DNA of 64,000 bases from Basidiobolus meristosporus CBS 931.73. Its lineage: Eukaryota > Fungi > Basidiobolomycota. A model generated the notes under the pieces. The model saw only the letters and a program-made list of their open reading frames with translations. It was not told the DNA's origin and did not search any database. Every line of letters begins with the position of its first letter. The stretch's first letter is position 1. A program made the position numbers and the translations under genes. Shown here one piece after another: positions 13,330 through 26,709 of the stretch. Location: positions 62,001 to 126,000 of the forward strand of contig MCFE01000176.1 in NCBI GenBank assembly GCA_002104905.1. Reading direction: 5' to 3'.

Positions 13330-15420
13330 TCGTCATATATGACTTGTGTGGCAAACCACTGGCTGAGATCCTTGTAATACTTTCTCTGCTGGCCACATGG
13401 TTGTTTTTCCCTTCTTTTATGGCATGGAATCAAAGAAGTCTTGTCCATAGGGCTAACAGCTTGACACTTAACAGCATGATGCTATTTTGTAACTTTTTAT
13501 CATTACTATTGTGATTTTAAAACAGTCTCATATTTGAGATGAAAGACTTTTTCCATTGGTTATTGCCACATTAAGCATCATATTTCACCTACTGCACCAG
13601 AGAAAATCATTTTTTTGACTGTTTTTTTTGGATTCATAACCCCTATGAGAAATTGTTATGATGACCCCATTCAAAAGCTGTCACAAATTAAAGTCCAGTG
13701 GTTAAGAAGTATTGATCTATACAACTCCCCATGCCCAATGCTAACATTAAGCCAACCCCACACTCAACAAGTGCATCCATATATATCCACAATTCAATAA
13801 GTATTTCTGCTGTAATGCCCTTTTCAAATAACTTTGGCAGGAACCCTGCAGCTTTATGCCACTGTTCATTCATTGGTTCCCATACATCTTGGTCTTCAGC
13901 TGGCACTGCAAGATTGAGTACTTTGTCTGCCAGTCTTTGCAATAGATCCTTACAATATTCAAGTGTGTTTTCTTGAGCACTGCTCTTGAAGTAGAGCTGC
14001 AACCTCTAGGTGTCACTAGTAATGTTCCAAAATTCAACAGTAGGCCTTTTGATAGTCTTTTCAGTTTTTGACATTGTTGATATGTCTGTTGGTGCAATCT
14101 CCATTTTGTCTACAATGGAGGACATGGAGGCAGTGGTATATGAGTTGCTTTTCTTGGTAAACTTGTCCACCTCACTAGAGTATAGCCCAACTGGCTGCAC
14201 TTCCAGCTTGTGAGAAAGCAGCTGTTTTTTAGTTGGTAACTTTTCTGGGCTATGACAAGATTTTGCCTGTTTTGGACAGACAGCATTAAAAAGTGAGAGC
14301 TGCAATTCTTTTTGCTGCTTCCCTCTCTTCTGTCCTTCACTACTACTGTGACCAAGTGCTTCCTCTATTGTACTTTATTTCCCCTTTGTAAATGCTCCAA
14401 TGCAGCATCTGTTTTTGCTTGCTTGTCCCATGCAGGCACTCTTTTGGCAGCCTGGCATATCAATGCCAATTGTTTAGAACTTCCAGCCCTGCTTTTGACA
14501 GGCTCCTGAGAAAGCTGCAGGCTTTTATCATTGTCAAGTCCTGCACTGCTACTGTGACCAAGTGCTTTTTGCATTGAACTATCTTTTCTCCTTAAAAAAT
14601 GCTGCTATATTGCATCTATTTCTGCCTGTGTGTCCCTTAATGGCACTCATCTGGCTAGATGATGCTTCTATGCCACATGCTTGGAGCTTTCAGCCCTGCT
14701 TGTAACAAGCTCTTCAGAAAGCTGTTGGCTTTTAGGTATGGTACCCTTGTTGCTCAGCCTTTGCTACTTTGTGCTATTCTTGAGATACTTTCTTAGTATG
14801 CTGGCCCAAGATCTGTTTGCTTGCTTGAATCCAGAATAATGCTTATGAAACAGGTCCAGTATATTCTGCTTTGGCCAGAGTTCCTGATGGTCCCAAGGTA
14901 TGTCAGCCTTAAGATGATGCTGTGCCAGACTTCCAGCTTCCTCTTGAATATTAGCCCACAATATATCAGTGCACTCATCTGCTACATGGATCTTTAACGT
15001 CTTTAAATTGTAGGCGTGGGTATAAACCCTACAATCTTGCCCTCTCATGAAGTGGTAGACTATTCTATGAACTTTATCATTGGGCACTGCTGTTGCGCTT
15101 CAAAGACTGAACAGAGCTCCTCTGCTGCTACATTGTGGAATGGCTCAATTCTTGGCTGTAACATTGAGCTACTTGAGTTCTTTCTTTGTAGAATAGATAA
15201 TGCATTCTCTACCTGGGATATTGATTGCACCACATGTGTTATCTGCTTATCTTGTTTCTGGACTATTCTCAGATATCTCTGGGCCATTGCATCTATCCTA
15301 TTGGCCACTGCACCTAATTGACTCATCTACGCTTTGATAAGAGCTGACACCATACTTGCTATTACAGATAATGGAGATATTATGGCAGTCACTAGCTGGT
15401 TCCTCTGCTGCTGTCAACAA
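13330..15420 (-). mobile_element. Unclassified family U, copy b, including ORF start
   Basis: ORFs 15060-15326 (coiled-coil-like), 14764-15087 (W..Q..K..I..F..Y..F..A..W pattern), 13688-14002; divergent from unit A. Confidence 0.55.
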
Positions 15421-16136
15421 TGGGGCTTAACTGGAGACCAGATGACTTTGCTTTATTTTTTGGGGGAATATGTAAGGAAGTTACTCAAACTAAAGTGGAA
15501 ATTGTGTTATATATATGTGTGTATATGGTGCCAAAACTGTATTTATAATGTTTACTATGGCAGGCCATCATTGATTTTTACATTCATGTGGGTGCAATGT
15601 CTCAAATACAAGATTGTCTTAAATTCATAGGTGTATTGACAAACAAGTGATATTGTAACATTATACTGTTAAGTATCCAACTATTTGCCTCATGGAGAAG
15701 ACTACTTTGATTCAATGCCCTAAGAGAAGAAGAAAAAGTCCAAGTGGCTACTATAAGATGCCTCTCAGCCATGGATCATGCAACTGCATAGGAAATATCA
15801 CAAGAATCATGGACAATGTTTTGCTACATCAGTGATATTTGACTATTCATAGGTCACCACTGCACCAACAATAGCTTGCTAGCCACTTGATATTTGTATA
15901 TTGGCACCTAGCCATACTTGTTACCTTGTGCAAACTGAGTCAGGTGATCTTGTGATGACTTTGAGCTCATCTCAGCCATCTGAATATGGCATACACAGTG
16001 ATTACTTTGAAGAAGAAGGTGCACTCATGAATTGCAAGCCTATCTCCCTTGACAACAGTAGCCTGCAGGAGCCTGCCAAAAACCCAATATGCAAAAAGAC
16101 AACACCTGTAGAAAAAATTATCAAGGGCACTATATG
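15400..16136 (+). repeat. Unit A, copy 2
   Basis: Homologous to 1165-1990 and 34740-35400; interrupted at its right end by LTR family D. Confidence 0.7.
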
Positions 16137-16660
16137 TGTCATGATCACATGGCATCTATGACATTTCATGATTTGACCAAATCAAGTTGGTGAAGAGATT
16201 CCAGCTACTTCCAGAAAGTTCTACTACATTCTAGCAGCTTCTGGAAAGCTCCAAGTCAATGTAAAAAAGGATCATTTTATGGAAGCTTTTCTTTGATATT
16301 TATGTAGCTCAGTACCATAAACGGTAGTTGCAAGTCACATGACCTAGTCACATGATCAGCTTACTCTTGGCATATTCCTATGGGATGTTCTAAACTGTTC
16401 TTTAGTATATCCTTTTCTTGGCACTCTTACTGTGCCTCACCCCACAACCCCATCAGTATTAGCCAATATCTCTTGGTATCCATAGTATCAAAAGTTTATG
16501 TAGTTCTATCCCCTCTAATGTATTTCTAGTCTGATATACACAGGTCTTGAATAAACAGCCTTGCCTTGAAAATCCACCTTGCTTATTGATCCATTCCTAA
16601 GTCCTTTCCTGGTCCCACCTTACCTAGCTCCACTCTCCTGCCATGTGTCTATTCATAACA
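16137..16660 (+). mobile_element. Solo LTR family D, copy 1
   Basis: TGTCATGA..TCATAACA; flanks ATATG / TTATG (4/5 TSD); homologous to 30079-30623. Confidence 0.8.
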
Positions 16661-18260
16661 TTATGAAGCCAGTAAACCTAGTAATCCATCTACTGGTAAA
16701 TGATGTGATGTTGTAGGTAGATAAGTAGCAGATTACCACAAATATCAGTAATGAGTGCTTTGAGGATTTACTACTATGTTCTTCCAAGATCATTCCAGGA
16801 TGTAATTTAACATGTACATGGTAGAAATTAACAACTGTCTTGCAGCTGGCAACATATGACCCAGAGACCATCCTGATACCAGCATGTTTTAGCAGTTACC
16901 TAGTGTTCACATCAGAAAATGCCTCCATTGGAAGGTGACCAACTTGTCAGGAATCAACCACCATTGGGGGAAAATATTGCATGCACTGCAGATATATTCC
17001 AGTAATACCTTGTCTAAAGAAGCTTATGTAGTACAACAATTATTGTGAAGCTATAAAGTACCACTCTCAGTATTAAACAAGCACCAACATTTCCAATTTA
17101 CTTGATTGCAAACATCATAAACAAATAGGAAGCAAGGGCTACTTTCAAGGTATGTATGGTCATATCTTTGCCTTGGCACTTAATGGATTCCCATCAAAGA
17201 AGTACTCTACCAGCAAATGCTGCAAGCCACTTATTTGCCTGAACCTGAGCCTACTGCTTAACTCACAGTATTAGAGCAGATATCCAATGATAGTCTCACT
17301 GGTATCTGGGTCTAAATCATTCTCAAACCTATACAGCTAGCTGTATCCATTGCCAGATGAATATATAGGCTTTTCAGCCCAGTACTACCAAATGGCTGTT
17401 ATACCTGAGATCATATTATTATCTGAGTGGGAAAAGCCCCTGCCATTAGCAAGATAGCCAGCTTCTCTGGGCACAATGGACAGTATTGCTCTTGAATGTG
17501 TTAAGTCCAAGGCACTTACTCCATAACCCTCACACATTGTTATTATCCAAATGCCACACCCAGAACCTCATCTTCCCACAGAGAGTGTGTGCAGAAGTCA
17601 GCATGCAATTGCAGCAAAGTTGGCAAGCTATTGGCCATTGGCCAGAATATAGAATTAACTGGAAACTAGAGATACTTAAAATAGAGGATATCTATTTGAG
17701 CATAAGACAACTTTGCAAAAGTATGCCAGGTTTCTCTTGGTCACAAGCCAGCTTCTACATTATTCAATACAGAACTCACACAAATAAGAGCCAGAGCACC
17801 TATAATGGAACTTGAATCCAGCAGGGAGAATAAATATATTGGCTAAATATTAAGAAGTTCTTGGCAGATATTCAGAGGTATTCATGGCAATGTGGTGACA
17901 TTCAAGCATTACTTTGCAGGATGTATATGTTAGCAGTAGTACAAGGTGTATGGCAGCTTTGCAAGTATCACACCAAAGAGCCATAAGGTTGAGGTGTTAG
18001 AAGGGCTCAAATTGGAGTGGGTGTGCATATATGTAGAGGTCAGTAAGCAGGAGGCCATAATTTTTTTGATTCAAGCTATATGTGGAATACCCATGGTAGC
18101 TTTGGGTAAGCAAATACAAAGGGGTGATTCTGCAGTGGAATACATGAGTGGCACAAAGAGAGTTAAAAAAAATTACCATTTGGTAGATTGGTATGGCAGC
18201 ATTATACAGAACCAGCTGTAGGCTGCCATACTTACAATACAATGCAAGAGGAGGTTAGAA
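16661..18260 (+). mobile_element. Decayed CACTA/EnSpm (Transposase_21-type) transposase
   Basis: Plus frames read IFALALNGF..PLICLNLSL..MIVSLVSGSKS..LYPLPDEY and PAISKIASFSGHNGQYCSxMC, matching the CACTA motifs L.DGF..NLNLP..PGP..PL.DE and PA..K..G..GHNG..C..C. Confidence 0.7.
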
Positions 18261-18289
18261 ATGAGGTCTTCAGAGCACTGTCACGTTTT

Positions 18290-20537
18290 TTGCCATATAA
18301 GGTAGTCAGATATATTGGCTGACTTGATCTGCCCAACATAATGCCAGCAGCTTGGGATTAATACTGACAAGATTTTGATGGTATCTTGACTATCTCACTG
18401 CCAAATAACAATGAAGACTTGACAGTGTTTAAGCAGTCTTTTGACTAGAGTTGCATTTCATAATAACAGACTGCATGCACTTGACATTTCTTTGAGCAGA
18501 TCCAACATAATTTATCCATTATTTTACTTCTTGTTGCTATATTCTAGTCCCCCTTAAATGTGCACTCTGGCTCTTGTTTGTCTAGATTCTGTAGTGAATA
18601 GAGTTGGGGCTGGCTTGTGACCAAAAGCAACCCAGAATATTCTGGTAAAGTTGTCCTATTGAAATTTGGTTGCTTGTTGTGCCCAACCCAACTTTTCATT
18701 ACTCAACTGAGAACCCATATGTTGTGACTGCTTAGCTTCTCAATACCAGAGTCATAGGTATTGCATGTGCGCATCTGTCCTCAGCATCTGCCAACTCTTC
18801 CTGGCTGTCCTCTATGCACCAAGTCATCACATATATGACAGACCTGAAGGTAATACTCTTAATGAGATAGGGACATGTTACTATATGCTACTTGACTTGA
18901 ATTTCTATCTCCCCACACATCCCCTCCATAGAAAACTCCAAACAGGCAGGGCAAGGCCCTATATTTTTGATGCACCTAGCAAGATGTAGCAGATAATGAA
19001 TACAGTAGTGGCATTGATCTATGCACTCAGCTTTATACTTGCAGTATAGCCACTCAAACCCTGCCACAAGCTCCTTGCATAAAAGCTGTAGATGTGTTAA
19101 GTTGGCATTGGTGATTGGCTTCTGGATATATATTCCTGTAATGTCAACATATGAGTCCCAATGTTTCTAATATACACTCAGCAGAAACAGCTTCAGAATA
19201 TCACTTGAATCAATGCATATCCAGTTCACCCATCCTGCATCTGAATTGGTGCATATGCATACAAAATTGATTGAAGCCCATCAGAAGTACAATGGGTAGT
19301 AAGAACTCTGTAATATCTTGCAAATTCTGTCAAGTTTTTCTTGTATCATGAGTGCTCATTGAGCATGCAATGCTCATATATAACTTGATCATTAGTATAG
19401 GCTTATTATTGAAGAGCAAATACATTGATCCCAGTGAAAAGCTGTTGCTCCAACATATACACTGTAACTTTGGTATCTCCCCCTAAGAGCAATAATTGTG
19501 ATTATCCCATCAACAGACCATCACAAAATTAAAGTCCTGTGACTAAGAGGTACTGATCCTGTCAGGACCCCATGCAAAGATCATAAAAGAACAATTGCTC
19601 CCCATATCTCACAAAAAACTTTGCAATATTTTTGACTACAACAACTTATATGTGGCTTTTGGTTGGTCCTCTGCCATTTCATTCACTTTCTGTTCCTGGA
19701 CACTCAATCACCTTTTATGTTTGTGCACATTGATTGGCTACTGCCTCTGTTTCACACTCCTTACATCCCGGCTTAACCTATTCTCTAAACTTTGATGCAT
19801 ATAAATTGATTTATTTCCATTGAAACCTCACTTGTACCTCAATTGCTAATTGTGCTGACATATACAGGTCTCTATACCAAATACTAAAAATAAGCCCAAC
19901 CCCACACTCAACAAGTGCCTTCATCAAAATTCATCATTCAATAAATACATCTGCTTAAATGCCTTTTTCCATGACTGTGGCAGGAACCCTGCAGCTTAAT
20001 GCCTCTGTTCATTCACTGGTTCCCATAAGTCCTGGTCTTCAGCCAGCACTGAAAGGTTTAGCACCTCATCTGCCAGTCTTTGCAAAAAATTCTTGCTATA
20101 CTTGAGTGTGTTTTTCTGAGCACTGCTCTTGAAGTAGTATGCAACCTCTTGGTGTGCCTATTAGTGTTTCAAAATTCCACTGTAGGCATTGCAATAGTCC
20201 TTTGAGTTATTGAAACTGTTGCTCTGTCTGTCAGTGGGATCACTGCTCTGTCTACCATGGATGACATTGAGGCGGTAGTAGACATATTGCTTTGCACTGC
20301 ATATTCATCTATCTCACTGGACTGTGGCTCCACAAGCTGCACCTACTACTCTTGATAAAGCAGCTGCTCTCTAGTTGGTAATTCTTCTTGCCTATGATGG
20401 GATTCAGCCTGTTCTGGGTTGGTGGCATTATTTGATGAGAACTGCAACCTTTTTGTGATGCTTTCCTTTCTCAGGCTTGAGTAGATCTTTTTCTCATTTC
20501 CTTTACCTAAATCAACACCAAGTCTTTCACTGCTACT
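18290..20537 (-). mobile_element. Unclassified family U, copy c, running into a CACTA-like 3' region
   Basis: 19.9-20.5 kb matches 13.75-14.3 kb; 18.55-18.95 kb is an inverted homologue of ~1-390. Confidence 0.55.
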
Positions 20538-22957
20538 GTGTTGGATATCATAGTGCATGTTTTCCCAGTAGTACCTCTGAGCTGTGGTATTGTAGGTGGC
20601 TTCTTGACCTCTATGTCCTCCTGGTTCTCCTTGGTTGATACTTGTCATGACGTTCAGTTGCTCTTGTGGGGTAGTGACTACTCTTCTTGGCATAAGTCCA
20701 GGCTTCACTTGTTTAAAGAGAAGATCATCTTTGAGATAGTAGTGGTGTGTCTTCTTTCTGAGTTCTCTAAGCTTGTGAATTTCCATCCAACAAGGTTTCT
20801 TAAGTGTCCTTAGATATTCTTTGATCAGGCTACAGGTAGTTCTCTCTTGGTCTTTGATGGCAATATGTTGGTTCTCTGGATCAATCATATCATCAAAGTG
20901 AGATTCCAAGTCTAAAAGTAATTGTTTTCCCTTCCTGGAGAGTGCATCAGCTACAACATTTGTCTTGCAGGGATATGCCTGACCTCAAAATCAAACATCT
21001 TCAGCCATGCCATACATTGGCTTGTGGCATCATCAGGTAGGTCAGGCTTGTTGATCACTCCTAAAAGTGGCTTGGCATCTGTCTCCAGGATAAATGTGTC
21101 ATGTAGAATTGTGACTTCAGCTTCCTCAGCATCTTCACAACTCCTAGTAGCTCTCACCTAATATGTGAGTACCTTTGTTCTCTAGGAGAGAATAAGCCAC
21201 TATCATGTCTGCAGGCATAGCAGTTGCCATCTTAATCATCTAGGTCAAGTAGTGCTCCAGCTCCTATAGGGCTTTCATCAACTGTCAAAATAGGTGGGCA
21301 TTCAGTGTTCTGATAATCAAGAGGTCTTAGAATCAGTGTAGATACTAAGGCTGCTTTTAGTAATTGCATGGCTTCTTCTTGTTCTCCCCAGATGAATGGA
21401 GTATTCTTTCTCTGTAGTCAATAAATTGGTTCTGCTATCTCAGAAAATCTTGGTATCTGGATTCTTAAGAACCCAGAAGCTTGTGTCCTGATTTGTGGGG
21501 GTAAGCTAGTTGCATATTTTTTGTGTCTTGGAGTCTCCAGGTGAACAACCAAAAGTGTTGCTTTTTTGTCCAACAATGAATATCTCTGATGCACCAAAGC
21601 TGCTTTTCTCACCACTGATGGTGAGTCTGGCTTCTTGAATGGCTCCTAATATGGCATTGTTGTCTGAAGTATGGTCATAGACAAACTTTCTTACTCCAGG
21701 CATAACCTCAGGGGTGTCCCGGTATTTTGTTCCTTTGATGCCTATGTCATCAACAAAGACAGCAAGTTTCTCAGGTAAAAACTGGTACAGCACATTCACC
21801 ATGTATCTCTGGAACTGAGCCACAGAGTTTGTAGCCCCTTGACTGAGTCTTGTCATCTTAAATTGTCCAGTTGGTGTCTGGAGTGCATACATATCTCTTG
21901 ATGTCTCATCTAGGGGGATCTGGTTATATGCTTAGTAGAGAGCATATGTTGAGTAGATGGAGTGACCACTAAAGCTGTCTGCAAAGTCAGCAATAGATGG
22001 AGGTATTGCAACATCTCTGATAGTGACAATATATGCAGGTTGCATGTCTTGTATGAATTGGAGCTTTCCATTCTTCTTTTTGGTCACAAACCATCTGTTA
22101 GCATGGCATCTATGGCAAGGCTCTAGGATACCTGCTTCAACCTTCTTCTTAAGTAGATCATGCACATCAGCTTGGAGTCCTCTGGGCAGTAGGCAAGGCT
22201 TTTATGACCAAGGTGTGAGTGGCACTGTATAAATCTTGATAGGCTTTTCAACCAATGTTTTTGAGAGCCTCATCTCCTTGCCATTATATGAGAAAACCTT
22301 ATCATGCTTTTCAGGGTATCTTCAAATAATAAGATCTCCTCTGGTGTTAAGTTTCCATCAACAATGATAGGTTGCCTAAGTCTCTCAGGTGTAAGTTGTA
22401 TATCTTCTGGTGTTTCTTCTGGTGGTCTGATGTAATCAGCTGGATAAGACCCATCAGTCAAAGGTGTAAGTGATGGTCCAATCTTCTGTTCAACTGCCTT
22501 AAATGTTGTTTGAACTATGGCTATCTGCTCCTGTATACCCAATGAGCAGCTCCAAATGTTGGGGTGTATATTGTCAGGCTCCCTATCTTCTTCTAAAACA
22601 AGATGCATCTTCTGGCAAGCAGTATATGTCCTCTTATTGTAGGGTGTTGCACCACAGAACATTGACTGTAGCCCTGGGTTTGATCCTTTTAAAGTGTACC
22701 ACACTGACCCATTGGAATAATTGGTAGTTTTAGCCTTAGTGCTGGTCTCCCATGGTCTGCCTAGCAGAAGGTCAAAATCCCTTCTGGCAGACAAAGTGAG
22801 GAAGCCAGACCTTGATTCTTTGTACCTCAATAGGGAACTAGCGCACTACACCATAGAGTGGACTAAATCCTGAGTTTGCATCAGTCATTTTCCATCCAAT
22901 ATCTCTATTGACAGGCAATAGCTCCTTGCTTCCAAGTGTCTTCCAGAAGTCCTGCAG

Positions 22958-25099
22958 TGTGGTAGGATAAACACACCTCCCACAGACAAGTTTATTTGTA
23001 TAGCTATTATGATGCACTTGTACATATTTTATCTTATCAGTATTTTCCCATTCTTTTTTTGCCCTTACTATTAGTATAATCCCCATATGATGTTTACCCT
23101 GATTAGTTATTAGTATTAGTTATCCCAGATGTTATTCTGCTTTGTGATCAATATATGTATCTACATTAGACAAGTACCCATGTCAGTACCTGTGACACAT
23201 GAGCTAAGTCTGTATTACCATCCTTGCCATTTCAATACCATATATGGTATCCCTATATTGCGCAGGTTTCAGACTACTGATCCCTGATTCGTTGGATGCG
23301 CTGTAGTGGGGTCACAGTGACACCCACAGGCAGATGTGCTCATTCTTATGCATTCACTTCCCTAAAAAGGATTACCCCGCCTATATTATTATCATCCCAA
23401 ATTTGCAATATTTCCTATTTTTGTCTATGTGATTATTACTATGCAACCTGACAAACTATTTGTCCCTATTAACCCATTGCACAAGCTATTCTTATTCCTT
23501 GCCAAGATGCCAAGATAAGATAGTTACCTTATAAGGCAAGTACCCCAACAGTGCCCATGTCACGTGACCATCTTGGTTTCATAATCCCCCATCTCACTAC
23601 CATAAGAGGCAACCACATGACACAGAGGTTTCATGTTACCACTACCTGATTGGCTAGGTACTACTATGTCTCATGGAACAATCTGCCAAGAATTTGCGCT
23701 ATTTTTAGTACACAAAGACATGATTGGTTGTCTACTACCTTCTGGAAACTTCCGGAAAGTATTTTCTAGCAAGAAATTGAGCAGCAAAAAAGTATATAAG
23801 GGAGGCTATCCCTTAAAATAAATCATCCCTCTTCCAATATTCCGACTTATTGATTAGTGAGATCACCGCTACCTATTACCACTATTTTCTGACTCAGATC
23901 TGATGACACTCCCAGGAAACCGCGCTGACAGCCAACTGACCTTGGAGGCACTACTTGTGAGGAATACTCAGAGTAGGTATATTTTATTATATTTGTTTGT
24001 TTTCCCAAGTTTGTTCTTGTACAGGCAAAGATACTTTTCAGTCTTTGTAACTATTGGTCAAAGCTGCATTCTTATCAAGTCCCTGTTGGTGGAGTTTACA
24101 GTTGTTTTGACTTTGGAAGCTTTAGTACATTGTCATCTCAAAGGACGTCAAAGCCATTATAAACTTTTGTTAAGACACCAACTAAGTTGGGGATTGTAGT
24201 TCAATAGTTTTCCCTTGACAAGCTTGAGGCTTTATCCCCCATCACTTAGATTAGATAAAAGACCCAGTATTCCTAGCAAGCTTTTGCCAGAGGTTATCGC
24301 ACCCAGTGAACACCCCACACACATTCACACTTGAGAAGTGTTGGCTGTATTTTGCCCTTTGGACTTATACACCACCACAGCGCTGTGCCTTTTAGAACAT
24401 TCTAGGACTTTCTTGGAGTATTTTTAGCTCATAGTGATGGCATCAAGAGTTCCACAGATGCCTGGAATTTTCTTGAACCTTGTCATTAGTGATCACTTGG
24501 CAATCAAGAGAAGTATTTAAGGGAAGTCAATCCCTCATCAATAAATCATCCCTTCTATCAGTAACTCTTTCCCCTTATTGATTAGCAGTTGATCACTGTA
24601 CATACCTTTAACAGTTACACCTCAGACTTGCCATCAAGTAGCTTTTCAGGGTAGTGCATAAGACACTTAGAGCATATAGGAAGCTAGAGAAGCAGGAGCT
24701 TTTACTATAGTGACATATATAGAAAGACACCAGCAGTTTAGACACAGAGGTTATTGTACCCATCAGACACCTCCTCACCTTGAGTTGTGTTGCTTCTCCC
24801 AGGAGTACCTCTACACCCTCAGATATTTGGCACCTAACATGGGGGTTTGACTGCATCTGCACACAATAGTTTGATCTAAGACCTGCCATCAAGGAGCTTT
24901 TCAGGGTAGTGCACAAGACACACAGAGGCCTTTGGAGACACCTGGGGTATCTAGGGAGCTAGAGAAGCAGATGCTTTTACCACAGTGACATATTGACAAA
25001 GACACCAGCAACTTAGACCCAGGGGTGATTGCACCCATTGGAAACCTCACACACCTTGAGTTGTGTAGCTTCTCCCAGGAGTACCCCTTCACCATCACA
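22958..25099 (+). mobile_element. Deleted family-B-related element (5' LTR, PBS, 3' end of 3' LTR) inserted in G1 protease
   Basis: TG..CA; 4-bp TSD GCAG (22954-22957 / 25100-25103); decayed PBS TGGCACCTAACATGGGGG at 24828-24845; removal restores DSGSEICATLQDFWKTLG in frame. Confidence 0.9.
23302..24379 (+). mobile_element. Family B solo LTR (1078 bp), innermost layer
   Basis: TGTAGTGGGG..CACCACCACA; 4-bp TSD GCGC (23298-23301 / 24380-24383). Confidence 0.93.
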
Positions 25100-25640
25100 G
25101 CAGCGTAGCACAAATCTCTGAACCACTGTCAATATGGCAGTCAACAGGGTCATCATATATATATCCTTTCACCACAGCAGTTGCAACTGAGTAAAAGGTC
25201 TTATATTCAGTAGTGTTGTCATCCTTTTGGAGGTCTTCATGGCTTGTCTGAATCATATGGATATCCATATGTTCAATGGATTGCTGTCTTGTTCTAAGCT
25301 GCTCATCAAAAGTCTTCCTAACAGATGGGGATTCACTCATGATTTCTCCAACCAACAAAGTGAGGTTCTGCTTCAGCAGCTTCTCAGTACTCAGTTGAGG
25401 GCTTGAGTAGCTTGCTATCGTTGAGGTCATCAGGAATGGAGGCAATGAATCTTGATTGGGCAGTATACCAGGCCTTTTGTCAATGATAACTTCTGGCTCT
25501 TCAATTTGTGGTCTTCTAAGGATGGGTTTGGCAGGTTCTTGAGGAAGTTGTCATTTTGTAGCAAAGGCATCAACTTTGTATTTTTTGTTGTCAGGGCTGC
25601 TTGGATTCATGGTATAAGTCCCAGTAGGGGTATCAATTGT

Positions 25641-26709
25641 TGTAGTGGGGTGACAGTGACACCCACTGACAGATGTGCTCATTCCCATATTTTCTACTTC
25701 CCTATATCTCTACTACCCTTATTTTAGTTTTATCCCATTTGTCTTACCTGATCAATACTATCCCATAAGCCAGTTGACTATCACACTTGCTTACCTATTG
25801 CATAAGTTATCACCCACTTTATGGAAGATTACTAGCAGTAAATGCTTCTATATTAGGCAAGTACCCGCGCCAGTACCCATGACGCATGACTGGTTTGTGT
25901 CACCATCCCTACCATCTCCATACCATATATGGTATCCCTATGTTGCATAGGTTTCAGAGTACTGATTCCTGATTGGTTGGATGTGCTGTGCCTCTTAGAA
26001 CCTTCTGGCACCTACTTAGAACATTCATAGGTCATCCCAATGTCATTAAGATTTCTAATGATATCTGGAACCTTCTGGAACACCATGATTAGTAATCACT
26101 TAGTCAGTGAGAAAAGTACATAAGGGTGGCTATCCCTCAACAATAAATCCTCATCCCTTTTGTCAGTATACTAACTTGTTGATTACTATGATCACTGCTA
26201 CCTGCTGCTACCTGAACTTCTAATCCCAGACCACAGGACACTCCCAGGAAACTGTGCTGACAGCCAATTGACCTGGGAGGCACTACTTGTAATGAATACT
26301 CAGAGTAAATATCTTTAATTATATTTGATTCTTTCCCAAGTTTGTTCTTGTACAGGCAAAGATACTTTTCTGTCTTTGTAACTATTGACCACAGCTGCAT
26401 TCTTATCAAGTCCCTGCTGGTGGAGTTTACAGTTGTTTTGACTTTGGAAGCTTTACTACGTTGTCATCTCAAAGGATGCTGGACCCTGCACATACTTTTG
26501 TTAAGATGCCAACTAACTTGGGGATTGTAGCTCAATAGTTTTCCCTTGACAAGCTTGGGGCTTTATTCCCATCACATTAGATTAGAGACAGAACCCAAGT
26601 ATTCCTAGCAAGCTTTTGCCAGAGGTTATTGCACCCAGTGAACACCCCACACACAAAACACTTGAGAAGTGTTGGACGTATCTCTCCCTTGGACTTACAC
26701 ACCACCACA
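25641..26709 (+). mobile_element. Family B solo LTR (1069 bp) in G1 gag
   Basis: Same termini as 23302-24379; flanks TTGT / GCGT (imperfect 4-bp TSD); gag appears to continue across the empty site. Confidence 0.88.

Noticed and set aside
19400-20537. env-like third ORF of G1
   Set aside because: Sequence belongs to family U, which also occurs without G1; integrase is simply truncated at 20538; no signal or TM pattern seen
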